Of a stretch of 64,000 nt of DNA, positions 13,340 to 27,300 are shown piece by piece. Source of the stretch: Felis catus (Eukaryota); assembly GCF_018350175.1 (NCBI RefSeq), contig NC_058368.1, positions 4,340,001 through 4,404,000 of the forward strand, given 5' to 3'. The notes below the pieces were generated by a model, which did not search any database, was not told the DNA's origin, and saw nothing but the letters and a program-made list of their open reading frames with translations. Each line of letters begins with the position of its first letter. Positions within the stretch are counted from its first letter, which is position 1. The position numbers and the translations under genes were made by a program.

Positions 13340-13500
13340 CCAGAAGTCACAGGTCCAAATCCTGACTGTTCTACTCACTGCCTCTAACATGGACCGAGGA
13401 CTGACCTGTTTCAGCCTCGGTAAAAAGGGAATAACCGTCATTCCCACCTCCTAGGGTTGCTAGAAGGTTGCATCAACCAACGCATGCAAACCATTTCAAA
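13340..13500 (+). mobile_element. MIR fragment
   Basis: aggtccaaatcctgactgttctactcactgcc..tgtttcagcctcggtaaaaagggaataaccgtcattcccacctcctagggttgct. Confidence 0.7.
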
Positions 13501-14046
13501 CCATTCCCTGCGTGTGGCACAGTTCACGAGGGGCCAGTAAGGCTCAAGTGGGAACTGAGGCGCCATCAGCGTGCCCTCTGCACCGCAGGACGGCTCCGAG
13601 GGCAGTGCACTGATGGAAGAGCAAAGCGTGGCTGTGGCGGACTTTTGTCATCTCTGGTTGGGCGGGGCCCCATGACACTGCAGGCTTTGCAGGTGGGCAG
13701 ATTTGTTTTCCAAACACGCGGTGGCATCGGGCGGATTGTGCCCACGAGAGCGCCCCCTCCCGGCAGAGCTGAAGGAGCGCGAGCCGCACAAGGACCCGAT
13801 GTTCGTCTTCGCCTTTTCCGCTCCTGCCCTCCGCACAGGGCAACACAACACACAAGCACAGCGGTGCCCCGGGCAGAGTGAGCGCTCAGCAAGTACCCGC
13901 TGAACACACAGCTAAAGGGAAGGACCTGGGGCTCCGCGAACACCCGCAACAGGTGTTAGACCGAACAGATCTAGGCAAGGAAACCTTGACGTCAGACCCA
14001 CTGCGACCGTATTTCTCCAATGCTGGATGGTATTTCCTAAAAGCAA

Positions 14047-14273
14047 TTTTTTTTTTTAAATTTTTTTTTTCAACGTTTATTTATTTTTGGGACAGAGAGA
14101 GACAGAGCATGAACGGGGGAGGGGCAGAGAGAGAGGGAGACACAGAATCGGAAGCAGGCTCCAGGCTCTGAGCCATCAGCCCAGAGCCTGACGCGGGGCT
14201 CGAACTCACGGACCGTGAGATCGTGACCTGGCTGAAGTCGGACGCTCAACCGACTGCGCCACCTAGGCGCCCC
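14047..14273 (-). mobile_element. Young feline-type Can-SINE, full length, with target-site duplication (TSD)
   Basis: CpG-intact body; TSD ctaaaagcaattttt at 14037-14051 and 14276-14290. Confidence 0.97.
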
Positions 14274-14919
14274 TTCTAAAAGCAATTTTTATCAGCTGGT
14301 TAGGGAGATCAGCTGCAAATAGGATTGTCAATACATTGACATCCAATAACATTCGCATGTTCCTTAAAATATTTGTGAGAACATTTTATGAAAAACCATG
14401 ATGGTCACTTCCATTTACAATTAAATTTTCAGTGCAAATACTTAAATGAAAAAACGAACCTCCCAAATTACATAAGACAACAAGCATCGTAGTACCTCAA
14501 AGAGGAGATTTACTTGGGTTCTAATTTTTCAATGGGTAAAAAAATGTCTTGGAATTTCTAGCAAAGGCATTGCTAAGCTTTCAGAGAAAGCTTACAGGAC
14601 TTCTTTAAGCTAAAGAAATACCCTGGGACCTATCAAAACCATTTTTTTTTTTGATAATTTATGACAAATTTATGAATTTCCTACATTTTAAAAGTTAAAA
14701 CCTGAAATTTTATCCTGGCATCTAAATACATCACAGTAACTAAAAATTAATTTGTTTGGGATACAATGAACTAGATACATGCTCAGAACAAAGGACACAG
14801 CTGACGCATCATCTCTAAAGGCAAAAAAAAATGTATGGAGGAAATATGAAACAGCTTTCACTATAGACGGTGCAAGAACATAACTCCAAGAGCTAATATT
14901 AAAACCTAACCCATAAAAC

Positions 14920-15190
14920 GGGAGGGTGGTGAGGGGATGGGTGAAATCGATGAAGGGGACTGAGGTACCAACTGCCAGCGATCAAATAAATAAGTCACAG
15001 AGATGGAAAGCACAGCATAGGGAGTACAGTCAATAATGCTGTCATAACAGTGTTCGGTGACCCATGGCAGCGACAATATGCTGGTGACCCTGGCGTAACG
15101 TACAGACCTGCCCGATCACCGTGCTGTGCACCTGAAACTAATATAACGTTGTATGGCAACGTTAAATGATATTATAATTTAAAATATATA
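14920..15190 (+). mobile_element. L1 3'-end fragment (L1MA9/carnivore-like)
   Basis: gggatgggtgaaatcgatgaagggg..aaataagtcac..cagcatagggagtacagtcaataat..gtgcacctgaaactaatataacgttgtatggcaac. Confidence 0.85.
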
Positions 15191-15256
15191 TAACCCATAA
15201 AACCTTGAAAGAAAGAAGGTCGCACGGCAAAGTTCCCAATCCTCGTTTTGTTTTAC

Positions 15257-15330
15257 CTTGCACCATGAGCATCGGTTCCTTGCCCCCGCCGTGTGCCAGC
15301 ATCTCCCTGCGATAGCGCTCCCCTGCCGTC
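15257..15330 (-). CDS. MIPEP: MIPEP penultimate coding exon (74 nt, phase 2-1; exon 18 equivalent), (R)[24 protein letters not shown](G)
   Basis: Acceptor ctcttcttctccccccaccag and donor AAG|gtaaaa. It lies within track ORF 15162..15371, has the [14 protein letters not shown] motif typical of MIPEP/M3, and its phase matches the previous exon. Confidence 0.96.
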
Positions 15331-16949
15331 CTGGTGGGGGGAGAAGAAGAGACCGTTACAGGCACTGACACGGGCAGCCCGCCCAGCCCCCGGTCACCCG
15401 TGTCTTAGTTTCTTTCTCCAAATGAAGCCACGCTGACAGAAACGCCGCCACCACGAGATAGCTCAGCCCTCGATTTTCCTGCTTCTAAACATCGAATTCC
15501 AATTTTTGAATTACTCTAATAAAGTCAAACTAGGTGTGAAATATTTACTGTAAAAGGCGAAGTGTATTTTTAGCTTTGTTTCGCAGCAAGCAATCTCTCT
15601 TCAAAGAAAGGATTATTTCGTTTATGGATCATATACTAAGTGGAAGCTATCCTATTCTCCATCGTCTTTGGGATTATCTTAAAGTGAGGTTTTGGAATTA
15701 TTTATGCTGAGATGAGACAGAGAGAGAAAAAATAAGACTGTGAAATAAAAGCGAAGGAGAAAGAGCTGGCAGGAGAGGGTTAATTACACCCGGAGACCTT
15801 GGCTTAGGGTAACAGCTAATGGAACAGGAAACTGACTCTTGAGTATACAGGTGGAAGGGGCGAAGTTCAGAACGGCCCGTCTGTATCTCCTGATGCTCTT
15901 TGTCTGCTGGATTCTGCAGGGAACACCGTCTGTGATGACACTCGCAGGCAGATCGTGGAGAACTTTTATAGACAGAAATTCTCCGACTTAATGGCACCCG
16001 GACACAAGGCTATTTAGAGCTACTTTTGTGTATTATGGAAAATGCAATTCCTTTAATGCCAGATGACTGACACCCATGATGACACAAGTTACATAAATCA
16101 TGATGTTTTCATCGCACTATTTCTGGAGCATCTTTGCATACGGGCAATTTTGCAAACGTGGTTTCTAATCAGAATTTCTGATAGTGTCACAGTAGCCAAC
16201 ATAGGTTGATGTCAAACACGAAGTGGGTGCTAAGCCAAAGCGTGTCCTGAATTAGGAAACATGGACAGAAGGCTGGGCCCACCCAGGGAGGGGACAGGGT
16301 GGCTGAGAGGCCCTGCCTGACCTCTGGCCTGGGGGAGGGGTGTACCTCCTCCTGGCCCCTGGCTTTCTGGTGAGGCATCCAGTCTGGTGATTTTTTTCAG
16401 GAGTGGGATCAAAAGGGATCTTTTGACATAGGTAAGAAATTTTCTAGCCTTATGAGTATTTTTACTAGCTTTTACATGTCTATAAAAGTGTGGCAAACTA
16501 CATGTCTAGGCAAGAATGCACACATAAACAAGATGTAAATGCAAGAAATATATGTACTTAATAGTATGTGGTCTTCTAGTAAAGTGCAGTTCCTTTAAAC
16601 AAGGTAATATTTTGCCTGTTTATAGAAATCTCCAGTGAAGAATCGTAATTCCCCGAAATGATTTATTACAGTCAATTTTGGCTTTCGGTCTTTTGAAAAT
16701 AACAAAATCTGAAAAGCAGACCGAATGTCTGCAGCACGCGAAGGGCAGGAGACAAAAGAACATGTGGCTACGAAGCTGCAAAACATTTCAACATTCTATG
16801 ACATCAGACTCAAGTTCCCAAGACTTTGGAACTGAATGTGATGATTAGATGCTGAGAAAATCCCAACCTGCATCAAGATGCATGAAAAGCTGGAGTTGTG
16901 CGGGAGACGGGGAGGGGGAGGGGGCTGGGAATCAGCAGCCCTGTTTTAT

Positions 16950-17025
16950 CATCTCACTCCATCTGAACGGCGAGGCCTCGGACAAACCACTCGCCCTCTC
17001 CGAGCCTCAGTTTCCTCTCGCAAGA
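16950..17025 (+). mobile_element. MIR core fragment (GC-shifted)
   Basis: gcgaggcctcggacaaaccactcgccctctccgagcctcagtttcctc versus the MIR core gtgaccttgggcaagtcacttaacctctctgagcctcagtttcctc. Confidence 0.7.
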
Positions 17026-18393
17026 AGTACGTGCTCTGCCAGGACAACCGTGAATGCAAACCAACGCGCCATACGGAAATTTCAGGGCGCTCCGAAAATC
17101 CAAGGTGCCATTCATCTTCAACCACATGAAAGCGGTGAAGACACCAGTCATCATCCACGGCTGCCTGACAGGTATTTGGAGATGCGTCTGTGTGGTGAGG
17201 AGACAAGATGTTTTAAACGAGTACGAGACCAGATCATCATTAGTGGTTTGCTTTCAAGGAAGCACCTTCCAAGGACTCTGAGACCAGAACTCAACTTCCC
17301 CAAGGTTGCGGTCGAGAAGCATCCTGTGGAGGCCCACTGGGGGCACGACAGGATACTCCTGTGCTTCTGATCCTGGGGATGCGGGGCTGCCCAGCCCAGA
17401 TCCCGTTCTCCGTCCTCTTCCAGCCCGCCGCCACCTCGCAGGGCCTGTCTCCACGGCGGGGAAGGGGTTGGGCATCGTACGTCCCTACCTGAAATCCACC
17501 TACCCGGATTCCCTCACTGAATCACTACAGGCTCCCACGGTCACCAGCTAGCCTGAGGCCCGAGACTCAGCCCACAGTCATGTTCGGGAGCCTTCCGCTG
17601 AGTCAGCCGCGGATTCTCCCGTGTGAACCACTGCCCATCCTGATGGTGGAAATGGTGAGCAAGGCTACTGGAGAGGGCACCCAGGAGGCAGGCCGTGGGA
17701 AGCGATGTGGGGCAGGGGTTCTGCAGCTACTGATACTAAGGGGTGGTCAGCGGCCCCCATGAAGGGGAGCTGTGGAGGAGCCATCAGGGGAGCGGGTCCC
17801 CTTCTTCAGACTGCCACCGTCTTCCACGGGAAGAAAGCGTTCCAAAGTCGGGCAAAGGGGGAACCTTCCGGAGCAAAGTGGACCCTGGCATCGGGAGTCA
17901 ACGCTTCCAATGGTGCTGCTCCCAAATGACTGAGAGTAGCGAGTCCTTCGTTGGGCAACAAAGAGGAAATCAGGTGTTCCGTGTGACTGACTCCTCAGAA
18001 GTTTGTGCTGAAAATAAGGAAGGCCGTCTCAAGTAACGGGAAGCACAGAGCAGTGGGGAACAGACAACAAGACAGGCTGGAACAGCCACGCAAACCCACA
18101 GGGGACGCACGGGAACACAGCAGTCTAGTCCCACTTTGGAGGCGCAAAGAGCCCTCACGCAGAGGTCCCTGCGGGCGTGACAGGAGGGTGCCACACCATC
18201 GCCGGTGTGTGACAGCCGTGAGTGCTGCAGGGTGAGGTGGAGGCTCGGGGCCCGGCCCGGTCTCGGGCAGCCGGTCGGAAGGGCCTGGCAGTGGCCTGCA
18301 CTGCGGGGCAAGCGGCTGAGGTTCCCCGCCTGGCTTCAGACGCAGGGGCGTGGCAGATTACTGGTGTCGGGGAAGAATTCCTCCCCCTCGTTA

Positions 18394-18546
<153 letters not shown>

Positions 18547-18684
18547 TTACGTCTTTGTATCTCCAGGTATCACGCACCAGAACACAATGGGAGCACAGGA
18601 GGAAATCCGCAAATGTCTGGATTTAAATTTAACCCTCGAGGGCCACGTCGCTCACCATATTAACATTTTTCCATATTTTATACA

Positions 18685-18990
18685 CTGTGACGGACTGAAG
18701 GGTGCCCCCCCCGCCCCAAAATTCGTATGTCGAAGCCCCCACCCCGATGCCGCAGAATGTGACTGTATTTGGAGATAGAGCCTTTCTTTTAAAAGGGTGG
18801 CTAAGCTAAAATGGGGCTAATGCAGGGGGACTAGAGTCCTTCTAAGAAGGGAGAGACACCAGGGTGGGCTCAGAGGAAAGACCACGTGAGGACACGGCCA
18901 GAAGGCGGTCGTCTGCAAGCCGAGGGGAGGAGCCTTGAGGAAAGCAAACCTGACACGCTGAACTGTTTTGTACAAGTTTGTCACTGCTGG
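18685..18990 (+). mobile_element. MaLR solo LTR (MLT1A/B-like)
   Basis: tgtgacggactgaag..ccccaaaattcgtatgtcgaagccc..gaatgtgactgtatttggagatag..gaccacgtgaggacacgg..gtctgcaagcc. Confidence 0.85.
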
Positions 18991-19572
18991 GGCTCAGCTC
19001 TGTGACAGACGTGGAAAGCGGGCAGCCCGAGCTCAGCAGGAGAAGTGAGGATCGCGGAGGGGGCTGGGCTCTCACACCCGTCGTGGCCTGCGGATGCCTG
19101 GTCATCCACGCCAGAGGGAACCATGGGTCTGGCTCTGAGTGCCTCCGTGCTTTTTGAGGACAATCGTGTAGCTCTTATAAGAAAGGCCGTGTGAGTTTTC
19201 ATGGAAGAGTGCTCTCCCACTGGAAAATTCTCTTCCTGCCAATACCGTTCTTTCTTGGGGCCTAAAAGCTAAAACACCTACCTCCTGATTGGTCAGTAGG
19301 AGGAAGGGTAACCAAGTGCCAACGCATAAACTTACCAGGCCATACTCACGGTGACATCACGACGACAAAAGCTAGAATTCTAAAAACTGTCCTCAAAAGA
19401 CGGATTTTTGACTTAAACATGACATCCACTGTCTTCTAATGTATGCTTTAGTTGAACATTAAAACTTTTTGAGGAAAAAAAAAACTGCAGCCCACGTATT
19501 TTTTAAAGATGTAACCAAAAAACTAAGCCTTATTCATGACTGACAGATGGATATGTTATACTTTCATTCGTA

Positions 19573-19678
19573 ATTTTTCAACAAAGGCATAATTGATATA
19601 TTACAGAAGTTTTAGGTATACAACATAATGATTTGCTATTTGTATATATTGTGAAATGATCACCACAGTAAAGCCTAG
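19573..19678 (-). mobile_element. Short L1 3'-end fragment
   Basis: aggtatacaacataatgatttgctatttgtatatattgtgaaatgatcaccacagtaaagcctag. Confidence 0.75.
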
Positions 19679-22145
19679 AAGCCTGTTTTGTTTTTTTTTT
19701 TAAACTAAGACAGTCATTAACAAATCTTTTAATTCCCTGGAAAATAAAGTATAAACTGTAATCCTTACCACAAACCTATAAACTAGATAAGCAAATTCTA
19801 CCTGATTGAGAACAAACATTGAGAACACAGACGGTTCCTTGATCACAGAGTGTGGCAAATTTTCAAACATCGTCTAAGTCTTGTAGCTACTCCACAGGGG
19901 CTTATGATGAGGTCCCAGTGCTAGTTATTCTCTGGGCGCATCCGACACTTTCAGACAAATAGTTTGCCTGGATTGGGCAAAGGAGCTGTTACAAAAGAGG
20001 GTGTGCTAACGTGACATTGTCAGCTATGCTTCGATGTTTTAGGAGCACTTAAAAAAAGGAAGAGCACAAATAAATGGAAAATGGCAAATGGGAAAAAAAA
20101 AGGAAGGTACGCTGAGGTGTTCCAACTAATTTTGAACGTGAGGTTATCATGGCAGAGAGAAACAACTACCCTCCGTATCCACTCTCCCCATTTTTCAAAA
20201 TGGCTATGCTTGGAAGTAAAGTGAGCACCTTGTGAGTCACGTTCTTAAAGGAAACAGATGTGCCCCTTGCTCCTGAGGTCTGTCACGTCGGGCCATCTGT
20301 GAAGGTGAGCCCCCGGTGAGGGGGAGCTGCAAGCCGGGAGCGTGGTTTCGGACTCCACGTGGCCACCACCAGCACCGGGTGGGTGCATTCACCAGGCTGC
20401 TGTCTGGGGTCTGTTACAGTCACCGGACCTGGATCCTTCCTAACTTCACCATGACAACATGAAGGGCAGCTGGACTGAGGCCCAAAGGCTCAACTGTGGC
20501 CTCGCCCCAGCTGGGAGAAAGGGACTGCACACTGTCCAGTCAACAGGTACCCTCAGGGGGACGTGGGGGACATGGAAAACTCAGACAGGCTACCTTTCGC
20601 ATCCCGTTTCTGTGCAAGGGGTATTGAAATTGAAGGCAAATTGTCAAGGACCATCTATGGGTCAAAATCCATTACGATAAACTTTGAGTGACTAAAGTTT
20701 GAGTCAAAGGGTTAGGTCTTTCAGAGTTCAATTATAACCCATACAGTTCTGGATACTCTGTCTTACTAAAAAAGGGGGAGGGTCTATGTCAATTTTTGTG
20801 GTATGCTGGCATCTTAATGGGCCACTGGTAATCTTTCTCACATGAAGCCGCTGGGATGCGATGATATCTCTCGTAACAGAGTACGGCCTGCTGTTTTAAT
20901 CTGGCTCTTATGCGATGGATTATATAAGCCTTTCTCAAGGTGGAAGTCTCGAGATCAGAAGCACACAATTTAAGGTGCCCCGTCTGAAGCTTCTTCTCGG
21001 TGATCTGCCGTAACTAGTTCGGTAGTCTTTGTAATGCAGAGCCAAGTTTAATTTTGTTTAGATTCCAGCTGGATACGCTTTCGTGTTGCCTTGAATGCAG
21101 GCCTACTTCCATAAAGGCATCTGATTTGAGCCAAGGGATTTCTAAGTTCGTTCACGTTATCAGCTCATAACTGAGTCCTCACATAAACAGAGTAATAAAA
21201 ATCAGACCTTTTGGAAGTGTAGAAAGAGACATCGGGATGCGTGCAATGCTCAGCTTCCTGAGCTGTCATGGTGTCTGCTGAACAGCAACATGCCCGCCGG
21301 GATGCAGATGCTCTGGCACAACGCACACCTCGTCGCGTCTTGTCCTTTAATTACAGGCTTGAGTCCGGTACTACACCCTTCTCATACCCAAACATTTCAC
21401 ACGCCAAAGAAATTGCACCCACCTGCCACCTTTCATCAGAGGCCTGCACGTTTATGGTAGACTAAGACCTAGGGTTCCACTGCTGTTTGACCACAAATAG
21501 TGAATTCCTGCTGATTCAACCTCATATTAAGACCTTATTATAATTTCACTCATTCATCAGGAAAAGGAAAAGGCAGCAGCATTTCATTTTAAGCTCAGGA
21601 GTTAACGCTATGACTCTCCCTTTGAAGTCGAACGTTTCATGTCCTAAGGGACAAGGTCAGATGGACAGAAGTTTCTACCCTTCCTTTGAAGTGTAATGTG
21701 CGGATCTGGTCTGAAAAAACAAGGGCACCAACCCCTTCGCTGCTTCTCTTTTATTCTGTGCAGACCTTCTTCTAACCCTGCCCCTGTCCCACGGCTTGGT
21801 TATGACAAATCTCTTGGTCAGACACGCCCAGGGATCCCACATAAAAGACAGGAACGTGGAGCAGGTGAAGAGTGAGTGTTCCAGGAACTCTGTGGAAACC
21901 GCCACTTGCTTTAGAACTCAGGGAAGCGGGGCCCTTTGAGGCTTCTCATTCGCTGTAGCTCCTTCCTAACAGCGCGACTTTCCTCCGTCCGAGTTAGAGA
22001 CCGGACCGGGAGGCCAGGAACAGAAACGACAAAGCATCTGGTGACCTACTATCTATCTCAGTTTCGAACCCAGAAGAGGGGCTAGTGCAGAGTAAGCACT
22101 CATCAACTACACGTTAAATGTTCAATGATTGAACTAATCACCTCT

Positions 22146-22360
22146 TAAAAAAATTTTTTTTTAATATTTATTTTTGAGAGACAGAGTGTGAGCGGGGGAG
22201 GGGCAGAGAGCGAGGGAGACACAGAATCCGAAGCAGGCTCCAGGCTCCGAGCTGTCAGCACAGAGCCGACGTGGGGCTCGAACTCACAAACCTCGAGATC
22301 ATGACCTGACTGGAAGTCGGACGCTTAGCCAACAGAGCCCCCTCCCCCCACCGGCACCCC
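22146..22360 (-). mobile_element. Can-SINE
   Basis: Canonical body gagacacagaatccgaagcaggctccaggctccgagctgtcagcacagagcc with a T-rich tail. Confidence 0.95.
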
Positions 22361-23240
22361 TCATTTCTCTTAATTATACTCTCAGCACACCATTTCTTCA
22401 TTTCTAGCTATATGTGTATAAACGTATTTAGCTAAAATTTATTTTAAAACAATCTTTATCGGTGACATTTGAAGTTGCATGAGCACAGGAGTGACACCCA
22501 CGGCCTCCTTGATGTATGCTGTACGAACCGAGATTTCCTTCAGAGCAAAGACCACAGTGCTGTGTCTACATCTGGGCTCAGCACGGCATGGGGACCATGA
22601 AAGGAAATCAACAGCTGTCTGCTGGCTGGCTGGCTGGCTGAACGGATGGACAGATGGACAGATACTAAAGGCTTCGTTTAGGATGATGCTCAATGTTCCT
22701 GAAAAATTAGCCTTTGATTGCAAGGAGGAGGCGAGGAACAACATTTATATCACAAACAAGAGGATATCACAGAGCTAAAAGCAAATGTTGGATCTCATGC
22801 TATTAATAGTAGGGTTTTTTTAACTACATTTTTTTTTTTTTTTACTATTATCTGAAAAATGACATAAGATTTTTGAGGCTAATTTCGACACCAGATCTCT
22901 AGGTCTGGACTCTGTGTAGTGTTTTGTCTTCACGGACAGACCATTCTGACTTTTCACATGAGGCACAATCTTGCTGGTTTGTGGAGGAGCTCTTAGGGTA
23001 TCAAATCTGTGCCATCCCAAAGTGTTTATTTGGCCGCCAAGGAAAGCAGAAGGACACATTTTCCCATCTGCCTTCTCATGTTTATATTCTCTCTTAATGT
23101 ATGCATACATATACATTTTCCATGAATCAATGTACACTAGTTTTTCTAGTTTGATAAAAACTCCCCATGGACACTTTACCAGAACCTGAGAAATGACAGT
23201 GCCAAACTAGAATTCTCCATTTGAAATACAAAGGGATTTA

Positions 23241-23447
23241 AAATTTTTTTAGTCTTTCTTCATCTGAGAGAGAGAGACAGAGCGCGAGCAGGGAGGGGGC
23301 AGAGAAACAGGGATGCACGGCATCCAAAGCAGGCTCCAAGCTTAAGGTATCAGCACGGAGCCTGACGCGGGCTCAGACCCACGAACCGTGAGATCATGAC
23401 CTGAGCCGAAGTCGGACGCTTAACCGACTGAGCCACCCAGGCGTCCC
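23241..23447 (-). mobile_element. Can-SINE
   Basis: gagatcatgacctgagccgaagtcggacgcttaaccgactgagccacccaggcgtccc. Confidence 0.95.
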
Positions 23448-23454
23448 AAGCTGT

Positions 23455-24385
23455 TTTTTTTTTAATAAACAAAATAGATGAACCATTATCCAAATGTACC
23501 AAGAAAGAAAGTGAAAAGATAAAAATTAGTAATATTAGAAATGAAGGAAGACATTACAAATGATACCACAGAAATATAAAGGATCATAAGAGACAACGAA
23601 TAATTACACACCAACAAATTGGATAACCTTGAAGAAATGAAACATAGATCAATGGAACAGAATAGACAGCCCAGAAATAAAACCACTTGGAGAAAAGTGG
23701 TATATCCCCACTTCTCGGGATATACCCAAAGGAAATGAAAACATCATCCTGAACAGATGTCTGTACTCCCACGTTAACTGCAGCATGAATCACAAGAGCC
23801 TAGGTATGGAAATGACCTAAGTGTCCATTAACGGATCAATAGATAAAGAAAATCTGGTATGTATATGGAATATCTGGCCTTCAAAATCAGGAAATATTTG
23901 TTCGTGACAACATGAACGAACCCAGAGGGCATTGTGCTGAGTGAAACAAGTCAGTCGAAGAAAGACATACAGGATGGTATCACTTACATGTGGACTATTA
24001 AAAAAAAAGAAAAAAGCCAAACTCACAGAAACAGAGAATAGAAAGTGGTTACTCAGGGATAGCAGACACAAGGGATTATACTTTGCATAATAAAAGAGTA
24101 CAAACTTTTATTATAGGGTTGATAAGATCGGAGGATCGAATGCATAATACGATGACTATAGTCAAACTCGACTCTATAATTGAAATTTGCTGAGAGTAGA
24201 TCTTAAATGTTCTCACCAAAAAAAAAAAAAAAAAAAAGACAAAGGTAAATATGTGAGGTGATGAATGTGTTAATTAACTCAGGGGAAAGGGATCCTCTCA
24301 CAATGTATACGTGTATCACATTACCATTTATACTTTAAACGTCTTACAGTTTTGTTAATTATACCTCAATAAAGAGAGAAAAAAA
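23455..24385 (+). mobile_element. L1 remnant (discontinuous ORF2 pieces plus 3'UTR, L1MA-like)
   Basis: gacattacaaatgataccacagaaata, then catagatcaatggaacagaataga, then cccacttctcgggatatacccaaaggaaatgaaaac, then a 3'UTR ending atacctcaataaa. Confidence 0.88.
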
Positions 24386-27300
24386 GAGCCTACACATACT
24401 TTAAAGGAAAAAAAAAAGAAGGGATACTGCTTCTGTCTTCATTGTGGTTGTGAACAGTTCGAGAAAAGAAGTCGGTGTCTACACAGCGAGACAAAAACCA
24501 TGAAAGCAAGCCCAGAAAACATGAGTGCTCCTTGTAGACAGTGGGGTTTTCTGCTCACGCGTAAAGAAGTGATGCAGAATGGACGGCAGCTTCTCAACGT
24601 GGGAGAAAATCCAAGGGCAGGTGCATCACCCACGGATTCCACATAGGAACTCAGAGGAGTGGACGCACACAGTCGGGCCGTGTGGGCAACCGCTTGACTC
24701 TCACTTCCCTCCTCCAAGGGACCGGCTGGTCTACAGGTTTAGAACCAACACGTCCAACCTACCTTCGAGCAGGCAGACAAGATCCCCAGCCTGGGACGTA
24801 AAGGTCAAACACGGGCTTGTCTACTTCTGGCATTAAACAGACAAGCAGAACCCTGGAATCTCTTCCTCAGAGCCCTTACCTGTTAGATTTCAGGCCAATC
24901 CCTCTTCCCTCCTCGCTCTGCTGCTTGGCCCACCAGAGAACACAACGGGGAACTCCCGCTCCTGCAAGTCTTTGCCTGGCTCTTCCGCTTGCCTCAGACA
25001 CTTTCCCCAGAGATATGCGTTCGGCTCAAGGCCGCACTTCTCTTCGGTTTCTGTGCAAATGATCTTTCACTGCCCAGGGCTTTTCTGAGGTTGAAAAAGG
25101 GACATTTGTCACTCAGTGCTGATCGTGGGCACAATCAGGAGGCTGGCAACGAAGGCCACTCCTCAGCTGTACTGCTGCCCTCCTGCCCCTGGTAGCTCTG
25201 GGCCCTCATGGCCGGAGGGGCCCGCTCGCCCCCTGGGTCCCTGCTCATCCTAACGCCCAACATGGAGGTCTTTGCTTGACCTTCCACGACACGCCCTCGC
25301 ACGTGGTCGGGGCCCGGTTCCCCCCTGCCTGACGCCTCAGCCTCACCCCGGTGCCTTCTGGGGCGGCGGATCTCCGTGAGGTTGGACCCAAGGGCTCGGC
25401 CACAGGGCCACTTTACCCCCGCGCCACAACCACACCTGGCCCTGTCCTCCTTCACTTCACTGGTCAGCACCTGGGAGGACTGCCACTGACACCAGGAACG
25501 GCGAAGGGGAGAATGGTTTATGGAGGTGAAAGGTGAAAACACACGTGTTTAATATTTTCAAAGTATCATCCCAGGTACAAATGAGGTTTTATTGTGCTTT
25601 TAAAGTCTTCATAGAGAAACCTGGAGAGGCTGTGTGTATTTCCCTCCCTGAATCCCCAGAGCCCTTGGGATCTGTGCTAGGAGCAAGGGTCCGCATCACT
25701 CCTTACAGACGCCCACATTCCTCTACTCCTCACCTAGGGCACAACACCCAACAGTTAAGCACACAGGCTGGAAAATCACCTATCTTTTCAAGGTTCACCG
25801 AACGCTCACGGCATGCCAGGGACTGCTATGAAGGGGAGCATTCGTGGACATGGCCCCCCCTGGCCACACAGCCTACTGGAGAGACAGACACTAAATAGTG
25901 TCATGGGAATGATTACAATGTGACAAGGGCCATGTGACTCCAGGCCAGGCACCGACCAGCCGTATGGTTATCGCCCGACGCTATGACCTCCCTAAAGCCG
26001 CATCTTGAGCACATGACCGTGATCACATCTGCCTCATGGGATTGCTGTGTGGGTTAGATGAGAGAAAGTAAGGAGAAAGTCTGGTGTTGGCCTTCATGGA
26101 TGACTCCGTCTGTCAGTGACTAATACAGGCCTTCGCGAGCAGGGAGAACACCATGGACCTCTTTGCATCTCGTGCCTAGCACAGTGTCCTCGAAAAATAT
26201 TCACAAAAAGACGAGAAAAAGAGTAGGGAAACTAGAATCAAGCTACTGTAATTTAGACACAATTAACATCAGTAAGTCTAAATTCTCTTTCTATAATTAA
26301 CTAGTTTCAATAAACACCAAAGTCATAACAATGTCAACAAACAGGTAAGAAATCATTTACTGATTACACACACAACACTCTGAATTTCTGGAGTGATAAA
26401 ACACAATTAAGATTGCCACCAAAAAAAAAAAAAAAAGACTGTCACTAGCCTTTATTAACTTCTCATAGGATTGAACCAATGGATATAGTTCACACTGAAG
26501 AATTCAGGACCCTTATGCAGGTAATGCGCCCCAAGACCTAATACTTCATCCCTGAAATCTGTGAAGTCTTCCGTCCGCACAATATCTTCATTTCACTGGC
26601 GTTTACCTATTAGCCCTTACCTAAGAACTTCAAGTGATATTTGCTCGGCTTCCTTGATTTGAGTACCTGTGGCTTTCCAAACATATCTTCTAATTCACAT
26701 GGCGAAAGATCCCTACAGATCACATGAGAAAGGGCATCCTGTGAACTTTATGTTGCCTAAGATGCACACAGCTAGACACGTTCAATGAGGAAATGTGTCT
26801 TACTGAGGGCCATGCTCCCGGTAAGGTGAAAGTGAGTTAATACAGTTGGTGAACACCTGCACCTCCAGGAACACACGGTGGCCACCTCCCGCGCCCCCTG
26901 TGCAGATACCGTGAAGTCACCTCAGCAGTTCACGAAGTGACGGCATGTTCGGAAGTGTAGCCCAGGGCCTGGGATAGTAGGTCTATTGGCAGGGTCGTGT
27001 TACTACCTGTGTTTTGTTCAGAATAACTGACAGAAATAAAACGTGGCGGATCCGCTGAAATTGCGAGGGCTGCCTGCTTTCTGTCGACACGCCGTCAATC
27101 CTCTCTGATGATCTCGTCTCAGGAATTTCCAAAATTCCTGGCTAACAGCTTTTAGCAATTTCTTACAAAAAAGGAACTGCCAGAGTTATGGCTGAAACAT
27201 ATGGAAAACTTGGGTAATGACAAACAGTACATATCACTGTAGTTCAGAAAAAGGGTTCGATACAAAGAATCGGGTAACCGTTAATTAAAAGTTGTAGTCA

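Noticed and set aside
1..15256. Search for the terminal MIPEP exon
   Set aside because: No segment encoding the expected C-terminus was found; it probably lies left of position 1.
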